Assembly (NCBI GenBank): GCA_964291285.2
Contig: OZ219789.1
Span: 288,001 to 352,000 of the forward strand
Direction: 5' to 3'
Length of the DNA stretch: 64,000 nucleotides
From: Alphaproteobacteria bacterium
Lineage (GTDB): Bacteria > Pseudomonadota > Alphaproteobacteria > Bin95
The translations under genes were made by a program, and so were the position numbers. Positions within the stretch are counted from its first letter, which is position 1. Each line of letters opens with the position of its first letter. Shown here in pieces: positions 21,298-32,210 of this stretch. The notes below the pieces were generated by a model. That model worked only from the letters and a program-made list of their open reading frames with translations. It was not told the DNA's origin and made no database searches.

Positions 21298-22482
21298 TCA
21301 GAAGCTCAGCGTGATGCCGGTCACGAACCCGGCGCCCTCGACGTTGCTGCCGGCGGCATTTTTGCCGGTGCTGGGCGCAGGCTTGCCTCTTTCCGCCGCC
21401 GGCACGCCGAAATCGTGCTTGCCGGGCATCGTGCCGCGGTCCCTCTCGGCCATGAACAGCGAGCTTCTCCAGGCAATGCCCGGCGCCAGCATGTAGCTCG
21501 CCGAAAACAGGCCGCCCGACTGCTCCGTGCCGTCGTCGGCCTCGGTCATCGTGCCGCTCAGGCTCACCGCCAGCGCGCCCTCCGAATACATCACCCCGGC
21601 GGCCACGACCTCGACATCATCCGAGGAGTCCGTCTTCATCCCGTCGTCCGCCGTGGCATAGGCGACATCGAAGCTGAACGCCCCCATGCCCACCCGCAGG
21701 CCGGCATTCGAGAAGGTGTAGTCGTCGTCGTCCATCTGGCTCTTCTGGTAGTGGCCCGCAGAGAACGCCAGGTTCATGTTGCCGAAATCGCCCTTGTAGT
21801 TGCCGGCGACCGACCAGGCGTCCATGTCGTTGTTCTTCACATTGCCGCCACGGCCTTCCTGCCCGGTGTTCGGGATGTAGCTCACGGCCATCTGCGCGCC
21901 GTTCACCCGCGGCGTGAAGTAGCTCACCAGGTTCTTGTCGCCGAGGCCGTGGCCCGCGGTCCCCAGGCCGGAGGGCCCGCACTCGTTGATGCCGTTGATC
22001 CATCTGCCCATGTCGCCGCAGAGCATGCCGAAACCGGCATCCCGCACGCCCATGTGGGTGAGAACCACCGCGCTGTCCTCGGCTCCCAGCGTGATCTGAC
22101 CGAACTCGCCGCCAACCGTCACCTGCGACTCGTCGATCATCGAACCCGACTGACTGTTGCCCTCGAGCTCCACCTTCATCGAGAAGGTCATGCCGTTGTC
22201 GGCGTCCAGCTTGCCCTTGAAGAAGATCTCGCTGTCCGACTGCTGGGCAACGCCGCCCTCTTTCATCGCGTCCGCCTCGTCGTCCACATCGACCATCCCG
22301 AACCACTGCTGCATGTAGCCGCCGACGCCCACGCTCAGCATCTCCGCCGCAGACGCAGGACCCGCCGCAAGCGCAAGACCCGAGGCCGCAAGAAGAACCT
22401 TGCCCGTGAAGCTCCGCGCACGGCATCCGCCATGCTGCCTGCCGTCCCCCGGCCATGCCGGGCCATGTCTTGTTGTCGTCAT
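21298..22482 (-). CDS. Alphaproteobacterial-type porin, copy 1
   Basis: Signal peptide ending PASA; SVGVGGYM, DSEIFFKG, IDES, SYFTPR; terminal Phe. Confidence 0.9.
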   Translation of the reverse strand: MTTTRHGPAWPGDGRQHGGCRARSFTGKVLLAASGLALAAGPASAAEMLSVGVGGYMQQWFGMVDVDDEADAMKEGGVAQQSDSEIFFKGKLDADNGMTFSMKVELEGNSQSGSMIDESQVTVGGEFGQITLGAEDSAVVLTHMGVRDAGFGMLCGDMGRWINGINECGPSGLGTAGHGLGDKNLVSYFTPRVNGAQMAVSYIPNTGQEGRGGNVKNNDMDAWSVAGNYKGDFGNMNLAFSAGHYQKSQMDDDDYTFSNAGLRVGMGAFSFDVAYATADDGMKTDSSDDVEVVAAGVMYSEGALAVSLSGTMTEADDGTEQSGGLFSASYMLAPGIAWRSSLFMAERDRGTMPGKHDFGVPAAERGKPAPSTGKNAAGSNVEGAGFVTGITLSF

Positions 22483-22928
22483 CGTCTCGTCTCCTTCAGG
22501 TGAAAGCCCGTCCGCAGCGCCCGTCGACCGCCGCACGCCGGAGAAGGCGCACGACGGGGCGGCAGGTCACCGGGGACGGGAGGTGAAGCCGCGGCCCCGG
22601 AAAGGCCGCGGCAGAAAGCGTGACGGGGAAAGCCGGGCCGCCCGCAAGGCGGTCATGCCGCAAGCGCGGCGGGCGCGCTCCCGCGCGCTGCCCGGCAACC
22701 TGTCCATCTGCACGCGCCCGGCGCTCCTCCGCAGAGGACGCACAGGCGGGAAAGACAACAATCAGGCGGGAGAAGCTCTCCCGATGGCGAACCGGCTGAC
22801 CGGCGCCAAAAGCCCGCATGTGAAAGACATGAAGAGGCGCGAGGCGTATTCTACACCGTGTTCTACACCGTGTTCGAGCCGCTGAAGTCACGTCCGGGTA
22901 TACTCGCCGCTGAGATTGCCCAAAACCT

Positions 22929-25569
22929 CAGACTTCCTGACCTCTGCTAATTTTGTTTGGCACCGGTGCGCGCGGATTTTGGGGTTATGCCGACCTCGTA
23001 GACCATGCGCATACGGTTGCCGGGGAAGTGCGTTTCGGTGGCGTTGAGTTCGGCCAGAAGAGGCTTGATCTGGCGGTCGCAGGCGTCATTTGCGAGGCCG
23101 AGAATGCGGACCCGCAGGACGCCGTTGGCAGGGTCCGGCAGGATGTCGGCATCGGCGGTGAAGAGTGCCTGAAGCAGTTTCCGTGGGTGGGGCTTGTGGC
23201 CCTGCGCCTGCATGACGGGAAGCATCAAGCGGGTTTCAGCGCGGTAGGCGATCATGCGGATGATGTCGAGTAGGAGGCGCTCGCGTGAGGGCAAGGCATT
23301 GAGCTGTCCGGCTTCGTCGAGGTCGCCGGCCCGGCAGTGCGTGGGCACCTCCCTGCGGCTGGATCTGATACCAACGGTCGTTGATTGGAACCGATAGCAG
23401 ATCCTCCCTCCGCAGCTCGCCCCCTGAGCCGAGGCCTCCTACTGCAAGAGGTAATCTCCGCCGAGAGAGGCTAATCGGTTCTTATCTGTGGCCGGTGGTA
23501 TGACAATCTCACGGCCGCCCTCGAGGTCCCTGAGTTCCCTCTTGAGTTCGCCCGTCGGCTGCTTCCTGTGGGCGGCGTCGGCGATGCGGTTGCGCAGGCG
23601 GCCAAGCTGGTGGTCGAGGCGGCGGATTGCCTTGTCGTAGGCCCGCCGCAGCGGGCTGACGACCATGGTATCGGCAGCGAGAGGCTCGATCTCGTGGGTC
23701 GGCAGGGCGTCGAGATTGAACTCGTCGCGCATGTATTTGAAGAAGTTTTCCTGCGACCAGCGCGAGAACAAGGCGCCTGCGGCCTCCGCCACCGGCTTGT
23801 GCGGATCGGTGGTGACCAGCGGAACCTGACGGCCGTTGTCGAGCAGGCGGCGGATCTGGCGCACCCTGAAGCCGTTCTTCAACGTCACCGGCTTCTCGGC
23901 CAGCAGCATGGTGGCGCTGGCGTTCGCCGCGGGTCCGTGAATGGGAACGATCATCGCACTGAAGTCCTCGGCCGGCCAGTCCCCGCCCCTGAAGTTCTTG
24001 TGCCAGGTCAGGCAGGCAATGCCGCGCCTGGCCAGCCGGCGAAACAGCTCCGGGCTCCAGCCCTCGCGGTCGAAGACCAGTGTGAGCACGGGCTGGCCGG
24101 GCTGCCCGGCGGTCAGGTCCGCTGCCCCGGCGTCGACGATCCCGAGCGCCTGCAACGCCGGCACCACGTCGGATTCGATCGCGGCGACCATCTTCGGGTC
24201 CAGCGGCTTGTGCAGGCACAGCAGGGGCTTGCCGCCCAAGGCGTTGATCCAGTAGCTGGTGCTCGCCGGCAGGCACAGCTTCTCGCGCGAGACGAAGTGT
24301 TTGGGCAGGCGCCCCTTGCGGCCGGCGTAGACCTTGACGTGCCCGTCAACGGCCAGCGTCGCCCAGAGCTCGGGCTCCTCCTCCTGCCAGCGTCTCGCAA
24401 GAGCGAGCTGCCACGCCTGCACGCTGGCTTCGTCGTTGGCCATGAGCCCGATCTTGCGCCGTAGCGTCTTGACCTCGGGGCAGCGGTCGAGACCGAGAAC
24501 CGCACCCCATTCGCCCGGTGCCTGGTAGCGCAGGCTCTCGGGGTTGCGCACCCGCGCCAGGGTCATGAAGGCCAGGAAGAGCAGGATCGTGGGCAGGCCG
24601 TAGTAGCCCTTCGACAGCAACGGCAGGAGGCCGGTCTCGCAGAGCAGGCCTTCCTTCAGCAGGGCCGGCAGGGCGGCGAGAACGCCGCCAAAGCGCACGC
24701 CGCGGGCGGCGGCGGTGAACTGCGGTTCGACCGGTCCCGCCTGCCCGCAGCTGGCCAACACCCGAGCCCGGACATCGCAAGTCGCGCGCCCCATCGGCGC
24801 CTGCCGGTCCCGCCGGTCGCGCGCGCTGCGATCCGTCTGCGCCTCCAGCCCCGCTGCCGTCGCCGGCCCGGCGGCACCGGCACTCTCGTCATCGACACTG
24901 CCCTCGGGCGCCCCACCCGCGTCAGGCGGCACCGCCACTGCCGCGCTGCCGCGCTCCCGACACGCCTCCGCGTTGCCGATCACCCCCTGCCGCCGCCACT
25001 TGTTGACCGACGGCGCTGACACGCCGAGAACTCGGGCCACCGCAGAGCCGCTCAGGCCCCCTTCCAGCAACGCCGTCGCTTTCTCCGCCAGCTCCGGCGT
25101 GAACACCGAAGGTCCCCGACCGCGCCGGGGCTTCAGAAACTCCGCTTCGCCCTCGGCCAGGTAGCGCCGTCGTGCGCGCTGGACCGTTGCACGCGAGACA
25201 CCGAAAGCGTCGGCCAGATCCTGCCGCGAGACCGCGCTGATCGCAGCCAGGCGGCCGATCCGCAACAGCATGGCCGCGCGGTCATCGGCGGCGTGGCTGT
25301 CAAAGGGAACGAGGTTGGAGAAGTAGGTGAAGCTGTCGTCCGAAATCAGAATGGCGAAACAACTGCTGCCGATCGGAACCGCCTCCGGAGGGCTCAGGGG
25401 AAGGGTAATCGACATGGTTGAAATCTCGTATCCAGTGTCAAATTAAAATACCCGAACCTGGACACGGCAGCCAGCGAAAATCAGCCGAAACAGACGAAAA
25501 ATGAACCGAACTCAAAAAGTTCCCAGAACGCCGCCCGCAACAAACATCGTCACGAGGTCAGGAAGTCTG
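22929..25569 (-). mobile_element. Large DDE insertion sequence; transposase 22947-25415 (-) disrupted by a MITE
   Basis: Perfect 16-bp TIR CAGACTTCCTGACCTC; 5-bp TSD AACCT; empty site seen in the paralogous region near 28800; N-terminal HTHs, VDGH, VFDREG, RWSQENFFK. Confidence 0.88.
23369..23500. mobile_element. 132-bp MITE-like insertion
   Basis: Imperfect ~28-bp TIR (TACCA.CGG...GAACCGAT), 3-bp TSD TGA; removal rejoins two same-frame transposase ORFs. Confidence 0.8.
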
Positions 25570-25949
25570 AACCTAACCCGGCGCACGACACCGCACAAGC
25601 TCCCGGACCAACCCCCACGCCGATTTCACCGACATGTTGCATCCATGCCACAGTCAGCCGCCGACGGGCCCCCGCAAACCGGGCCCGCGGCGCCCATCGA
25701 CGACCGGCAGGCGCGGCTTTCTCCACCGGCGTGCAATGGAACGCAATGGAGCGTCCGCTGCCGCGTCTTCCCCACTCCAGGCCCGCCGCCGCCGCCAGCG
25801 GCGCATCGACAAATGCGCGCCCATTTCCCGCCGGCGGCGCCATCACCGCGCGCTGGCACCGCCCTTCTTCTCCGCCGCTCATGGACGCCGGACGCCCCCA
25901 AACGTCCATTGCCGGGCGGGTCGGCCACTCCGTATCATGAAAACAGGTG
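25570..25949 (-). repeat. Far upstream region of porin cassette 1; inverted repeat of ~28425-28804
   Basis: Near-identical reverse complement, giving identical translated spurious ORFs. Confidence 0.9.
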
Positions 25950-25951
25950 AA

Positions 25952-27647
25952 CCTAAATCCGGCATTTGAGGATGGCGTGGCCTTGCCGAATCCCTTGTAG
26001 TCTGCGGATATGAGCGGCTTTTCAGGGGCCGAAGAGGCTCACCCTGTGGGTGATTATCCTGGCGCTGTGCGGGATGTCGCCCGAGCGTTCGTGAAGGTGG
26101 ACACCTTCGGCGGCGCGGTTCATGTGGAATGGGACCCTGATGCGGCGGTGACGCCGCTGGGCCATCTGGCGTTTTTCGCGGAATAGCTGAAGGTGAGCGG
26201 TCGCTTTGACGCTTTGGTTGCGGACTGCCCGCTGCGGTACACGAGCCCGAACGCGCCGTCGAAGCGGGATGTCCTGGGGACGGTTCTTCTGTCGGTTCTG
26301 GCGGGGCAGTCCCGCTATGCGCACATCACGTCGCTGCGCGGCGACGGGGTGAACCCTGCGCTGCTGGGTATGGACAAGGTTGCGAGCGAGGATTCGGTGC
26401 GGCGCGGTCTGGAGCGGCTCGGTGCGGATGAAGGCACATCGTGGCTTCAGGGCCATCTGGACGAGGTGGTCCGTCCGCTGCTGAGGGAGCCGTGGGTTCT
26501 GGACTGCGACACGACGATCAAGGCGCTTTACGGTCGTCAGGAGGGAGCGGTTGTGAGCTACAACCCGAAGAAGCCGGGCCGCCCCTCGCATGCCTGCCAT
26601 GCGTTCCTGATGGCGGGCACGCGGCTTGTTCTTGATGTCGAGGTGGCGCCGGGCAACCATCACCATTCGAGGCGCGCGGCGCCGTCCTTGTGGGCGTTGC
26701 TCGACCGTCTTGGGCGGGATCGCTGGCCGCGTCTGGTGCGGGGCGACAAGGACTGGGGCAGCGAGGCCAACATGGCGTCGTGCGAGGCTGCGGGTCCGGA
26801 CTATCTGTTCAAGCTGCGCCTGACGAAGGGGGCGCGCCGGCTTGCCGAGCGGCTGATGGCGCGGGACGGCTGGGAGGATGCGGGCCAGGGCTGGTCGGGG
26901 ATCGGGGCCGATCTGCGTCTGCAGGGCTGGAGCCGGACGCGCCGGGTTGTGGTGCTGCGCCGGCGGCTTCCTGCGACGCTGGCGTTGACGCGTGGCGACA
27001 AGGCCCGGGGCGAGCTGTTCCGGACCGGGGCGCAGCCCGGCACCGGGGTATGGGAGTTCGCGGTGCTGGCGACCTCGCTGGACCTGGAGATACGCTCGCT
27101 GGCCCGGCTCTACCGCGACCGGGCGGACGCGGAGAACGGCTTCGACGAGTTGAAGAACCAGTGGGGTTGGGGCGGCTTCACCACGCGCGACCTGACGCGC
27201 TGCCGGCACATGGCCCGGCTGGTCGCGCTCATCTACAACTGGTGGAGCCTGTTCGTGCGCCTCGCCGACCCCGACCATCACCGCGAGGCGATCACCAGCC
27301 GGCCGCTGCTCCTGCACGGCGTCGCCCGCCAGACCCACCACGCCGGCCAGACCCGGCTGACGGTGACCTCCCATCACGGGCGTCGCAAGACGGTGATGGC
27401 GGCGCTGCGCCGGATCGCCGGCTTCTTCCGGTCGCTGACGCAAACTGCGGAGCAGTTGAGCGCCGGGGATCGCTGGCGCCGCATCCTCGCCGAGGCGCTC
27501 AGGAAATACCTCCATGGCCGCGAACCGGGGCGTCAACCCTGGCTGCCGCCACCCAGGGCCGCGACCGCGTGCTGAAATCCACGCCCAAATCCGGCCGTTC
27601 ACACTACCCCGAGACAGCGATCAAGCCCGTCAAATGCCGGATTTAGG
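25952..27647 (+). mobile_element. IS1380-like element copy 2; transposase has a premature TAG at 26184
   Basis: Same TIRs; TSD GTGAA; ATG 26010 and stop at codon 59. Confidence 0.9.
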
Positions 27648-27655
27648 GTGAAGGA

Positions 27656-28090
27656 TCATCCTGCAATGAGTAGTTGATATGGGATGGGTTGTGTTCTGAC
27701 GGCGCTGTGAATGAAGCGTGGGATCATGGAGTTGAGTTGGTATCGTCGGTTGTATCGCCAGGCAAAGCTGGCGAGGTAGCGTTCGGCATGGTCGGGACCG
27801 AGCTTTCGGTAGGTTCCGGCGATGGCGCTCTTGATGTTGCCGAGGGTCGTGTTGACCCATTTGAAGGGGGCCATGCGGGCGGCCCGGCGGCCTGAGCCGG
27901 TGCGGATGGCGCTGTGGCTTGCGGCGATGCCGTCGAGGGCGTTCCAGCAGTGCAGGGCATCGGTGACGACCTCCGTCCCCGGGGCCAGCCAGCGTTTGGC
28001 GCCGCGCGCGATCTCGCGCTTGCGGAAGCCCTTGACCGGGGCGAGCTTGACCTTGCGCGGAGCCCCTTCGGCGCTGGTCGAGACCGCGCC
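27656..28090 (-). pseudogene. IS1595-family (ISXO2-like) transposase, C-terminal fragment
   Basis: VVTDA, WVNTTLGNIK..I.GTY, RYLASF.WRYNRR. Confidence 0.8.
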
Positions 28091-28094
28091 TCCC

Positions 28095-28259
28095 TCCCCG
28101 CCGCTCGCGCCGCTCACCATGCTTGCGGACGCCAATGCTTCGGGCAAGAACAACCTGGTGAAGGCGCTACGATTGTTGTCGTGGATCGCCCAAGGGCACA
28201 GACTCACCGCGATCCGCCACGCTCTGCAGGATGCCAATTATCCCATTCGCGGAATGTGA
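28095..28259 (+). pseudogene. N-terminal fragment of an ABC/AAA-type ATPase
   Basis: LAPLTML-ADANASGKNNLVKALRLL resembles a degenerate G-x-N-x-S-G-K-S-N Walker A region. Confidence 0.5.
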
Positions 28260-28265
28260 CCGTCG

Positions 28266-28377
28266 TTTGCCGTGAAAATGGTTGGGGATCGGGCGCACAA
28301 AGACCCCTCCCCGCCAAAGCACTGCTCCCGAGGCGTCCGATACTCGCCATCTGCGGCGCCCGTCTTGCGGATCGTGA
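28266..28377 (+). repeat. 112-bp direct repeat, copy 2
   Basis: Matches 15449-15560. Confidence 0.9.
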
Positions 28378-29233
28378 CCGGTAGGCAGCCCCGTACAACC
28401 CCGAAGTCCCGCCCGCGCGGCCGGCACCTGTTTTCATGATACGGAGTGGCCGACCCGCCCGGCAATGGACGTTTGGGGGCGTCCGGCGTCCATGAGCGGC
28501 GGAGAAGAAGGGCGGTGCCAGCGCGCGGTGATGGCGCCGCCGGCGGGAAATGGGCGCGCATTTGTCGATGCGCCGCTGGCGGCGGCGGCGGGCCTGGAGT
28601 GGGGAAGACGCGGCAGCGGACGCTCCATTGCGTTCCATTGCACGCCGGTGGAGAAAGCCGCGCCTGCCGGTCGTCGATGGGCGCCGCGGGCCCGGTTTGC
28701 GGGGGCCCGTCGGCGGCTGACTGTGGCATGGATGCAACATGTCGGTGAAATCGGCGTGGGGGTTGGTCCGGGAGCTTGTGCGGTGTCGTGCGCCGGGTTA
28801 GGTTTTGGGCAATCTCAGCGGCGAGTATACCCGGACGTGACTTCAGCGGCTCGAACACAGTGTAGAATACGCCTCGCGCCTCTTCATGTCTTTCATATGC
28901 GGGCTTTTGGCGCCGGTCAGCCGGTTCGCCATCGGGAGAGCGGCTCCCGCCTGATTGTTGTCTTTCCCGCCCGTGCGTCCTCTGCGGAGGAGCGCCGGGC
29001 GCGTGCAGATGGACAGGTTGCCGGGCAGCGCGCGGGAGCGCGCCCGCCGCGCTTGCGGCATGACCGCCTTGCGGGCGGCCCGGCTTTCCCCGTCACGCTT
29101 CCTGCCGCGGCCTTTCCGGGGCCGCGGCTTCACCTCCCGTCCCCGGTGACCTGCCGCCCCGTCGTGCGCCTTCTCCGGCGTGCGGCGGTCGACGGGCGCT
29201 GCGGACGGGCTTTCACCTGAAGGAGACGAGACG

Positions 29234-30415
29234 ATGACGACAAGACATGGCCCGGCATGGCCGGGGGACGGCAGGCTGCATGGCGGATGCCGAGCGCGGG
29301 GTTTCACGGGCAAGGTTCTTCTTGCGGCCTCGGGTCTTGCGCTTGCGGCGGGTCCTGCGTCTGCGGCGGAGATGCTGAGCGTGGGCGTCGGCGGCTACAT
29401 GCAGCAGTGGTTCGGGATGGTCGATGTGGACGACGAGGCGGACGCGATGAAAGAGGGCGGCGTTGCCCAGCAGTCGGACAGCGAGATCTTCTTCAAGGGC
29501 AAGCTGGACGCCGACAACGGCATGACCTTCTCGGTGAAGGTGGAGCTCGAGGGCAACAGTCAGTCGGGTTCGATGATCGACGAGTCGCAGGTGACGGTTG
29601 GCGGCGAGTTCGGTCAGATCACGCTGGGAGCCGAGGACAGCGCGGTGGTTCTCACCCACATGGGCGTGCGGGATGCCGGTTTCGGCATGCTCTGCGGCGA
29701 CATGGGCAGATGGATCAACGGCATCAACGAGTGCGGGCCCTCCGGCCTGGGGACCGCGGGCCACGGCCTCGGCGACAGGAACCTGGTGAGCTACTTCACG
29801 CCGCGGGTGAACGGCGCGCAGATGGCCGTGAGCTACATCCCGAACACCGGGCAGGAAGGCCGTGGCGGCAATGTGAAGAACAACGACATGGACGCCTGGT
29901 CGGTCGCCGGCAACTACAAGGGCGATTTCGGCAACATGAACCTGGCGTTCTCTGCGGGCCACTACCAGAAGAGCCAGATGGACGACGACGACTACACCTT
30001 CACGAATGCCGGCCTGCGGGTGGGCATGGGGGCGTTCAGCTTCGATGTCGCCTATGCCACGGCGGACGACGGGATGAAGACGGACTCCTCGGATGATGTC
30101 GAGGTCGTGGCCGCCGGTGTGATGTATTCGGAAGGCGCGCTGGCGGTGAGCCTGAGCGGCACGATGACCGAGGCCGACGACGGCACGGAGCAGTCGGGCG
30201 GCCTGTTTTCGGCGAGCTACATGCTGGCGCCGGGCATTGCCTGGAGAAGCTCGCTGTTCATGGCCGAGAGGGACCGTGGCACGATGCCCGGCAAGCACGA
30301 TTTCGGCGTGCCGTCGGCGGAAAGAGGCAAGCCTGCGCCCAGCACCGGCAGCAATGCCGCCGGCAGCAATGTCGAGGGCGCCGGTTTCGTGACCGGCATC
30401 ACGCTGAGCTTCTGA
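29234..30415 (+). CDS. Porin, copy 2
   Basis: About 8 aa differences from copy 1; AAGGAG RBS. Confidence 0.9.
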   Translation: MTTRHGPAWPGDGRLHGGCRARGFTGKVLLAASGLALAAGPASAAEMLSVGVGGYMQQWFGMVDVDDEADAMKEGGVAQQSDSEIFFKGKLDADNGMTFSVKVELEGNSQSGSMIDESQVTVGGEFGQITLGAEDSAVVLTHMGVRDAGFGMLCGDMGRWINGINECGPSGLGTAGHGLGDRNLVSYFTPRVNGAQMAVSYIPNTGQEGRGGNVKNNDMDAWSVAGNYKGDFGNMNLAFSAGHYQKSQMDDDDYTFTNAGLRVGMGAFSFDVAYATADDGMKTDSSDDVEVVAAGVMYSEGALAVSLSGTMTEADDGTEQSGGLFSASYMLAPGIAWRSSLFMAERDRGTMPGKHDFGVPSAERGKPAPSTGSNAAGSNVEGAGFVTGITLSF

Positions 30416-30497
30416 CCTGCGGTTCGCGCGACGAAGGAACGGTTCAAACGGTTTGCCCGGTCTGTCCGGGCTTGAAAGAAAAAAGGAGAAGGGTTCG

Positions 30498-32210
30498 ATG
30501 AGAACCATGAAACATGTGGCTCTGGCGGCGATGGCCGCTGCGGGCCTGGCGCTCGCAGCCTGCGGAGGCGGCGGGTCCAAAAAGCCGGCTGTGATGGGCG
30601 ACCAGCAAATGGAGATGACGCCGGTCGAAAAGGCGCAGTCTTACGTCGCCGCCGCCACGGCGGCCAAGAAGGCGGCGGAGGATGCCGTGAAAACGGCCAA
30701 GATGCAGCTTGACGCGGCCAAGTTGGCGAACGCATATGACATCTACACCACCGGAGGCGAAAGCTCGGTGGTCCGGACCAACGCCGCGGCCGTGATGGCC
30801 GCGAAGGCGGCGGCCGACAAGGCGCTGGCGGACGCCAAGGCGGCGCTGACGGCGGCCAGGAAGGCGCAGACGGACCTGAACGCCGTGCCGGCCGGCACGC
30901 CCGGCCTCGCGTCGCAGAAGGAGGTGGTCGGTCAGCGGATCAAGGACGTGGAAGCGCAGATCAAGCTCATCGAGGGGTACCAGACAACGGTCAACGGCTA
31001 TGCCGCGAAGGTCGATACCGAGGCGAAGATCAAGGGCCTCGCCGGCGAAACCCCCGCTAGTGCCGCCATGAGCGGCAACAACGCGCGGCGGGTTCTCTAC
31101 ATGCTGCAGCCCTATGGAGGAGATGGCGGCAACGAAGGCCATGCCAAGGTCGAGACTCGGCTCCTGCGGAGGCCGCTCCTGGATGCGATACTACTGACGG
31201 AGCCCGTCGCCCCTGACCCATCGGACGACACCACCGCCACCGATACCGGCCGCTCCAAGGCCTACGTCGAGTATGACCTGCGCGGACTCCCGGGAGACGC
31301 CATGACCTGGGAGCAGATCGCCGGAGCGGGGAACCTGGTCAAGAAGGCCTTCGGCAACAACATCATGGATGTCGATGTCCTGCCCCTTGCCGGGATGCCC
31401 CTTTCCGTACTCACCGGCTCGGATGGAACGGCCCTGACGACGTTTCCTCCAATCCCCGCCACCGGCATACTCGCCGACCAGTATTACAAGGGGATCAAGG
31501 GGACGTTGTATTGCCAGGGCAGCTGTAAGGTTGACGGCGGCAATCTGATGGGTTCGCTGTATTTCCAGAAGGCCGGGGAAAATATCGCCGGCAGCACGCG
31601 CTACTACCAGATGAAGGCGGGCAACACCTACTACACGCCGTATGGCGTCTATGCCCGCTACGGGTACGGGCTGTATGAGACCGGCAGCACCACCGGGATC
31701 ACTCTCTTCGCCCACAGCCCCGCCGGCTCTGACGGGGATGTCAGCGAGACCGCCGGGCTTGCCAAGACCGCCACCTACGAGGGCAAGGCTCTGGGCCTGT
31801 CGGTGCTGAAGACCTACACCGGTCCCACTGTCACGGGGCTAAAGTCGGGACAGTTCACGGCGGATGTGACGCTCAACGCCAAGTTCGGGGCGGCGGGAAC
31901 ACCAGCACTGGGAGGAAAGATCGACAACTTCATGGGGAATGCCGTCGACGAGGACTGGAGCGTTACGCTCACGGAGAAGAAGAATGACAACCTCGAGATT
32001 GTCGGCAGCCCGGGCAGCAGGGGCGTTGCCCAGGGTTCCGACTCTGTCGGCGGCGAAGTGCCTCAGGCCGGCGAGTGGCAGGCTAAGCCCTATGGCGATA
32101 GCGACACGAAGCGTCCGGTCGGCGTGATCGGCGACTTCAACGCCCACTTCTCGAACGGGCACGCTGCCGGCGCCTTCGCAACGAGGATGAAGACGGAGAC
32201 GGCGGAGTAG
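30498..32210 (+). CDS. TbpB-like surface lipoprotein, copy 2
   Basis: Lipobox LAAC; same architecture as 19470-21215 with diverged segments. Confidence 0.85.
   Translation: MRTMKHVALAAMAAAGLALAACGGGGSKKPAVMGDQQMEMTPVEKAQSYVAAATAAKKAAEDAVKTAKMQLDAAKLANAYDIYTTGGESSVVRTNAAAVMAAKAAADKALADAKAALTAARKAQTDLNAVPAGTPGLASQKEVVGQRIKDVEAQIKLIEGYQTTVNGYAAKVDTEAKIKGLAGETPASAAMSGNNARRVLYMLQPYGGDGGNEGHAKVETRLLRRPLLDAILLTEPVAPDPSDDTTATDTGRSKAYVEYDLRGLPGDAMTWEQIAGAGNLVKKAFGNNIMDVDVLPLAGMPLSVLTGSDGTALTTFPPIPATGILADQYYKGIKGTLYCQGSCKVDGGNLMGSLYFQKAGENIAGSTRYYQMKAGNTYYTPYGVYARYGYGLYETGSTTGITLFAHSPAGSDGDVSETAGLAKTATYEGKALGLSVLKTYTGPTVTGLKSGQFTADVTLNAKFGAAGTPALGGKIDNFMGNAVDEDWSVTLTEKKNDNLEIVGSPGSRGVAQGSDSVGGEVPQAGEWQAKPYGDSDTKRPVGVIGDFNAHFSNGHAAGAFATRMKTETAE

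Noticed and set aside
25501-25969. ORFs duplicated between 25.5-26 kb and 28.2-28.9 kb
   Set aside because: Identity reflects the recent inverted duplication; no RBS or protein-like features
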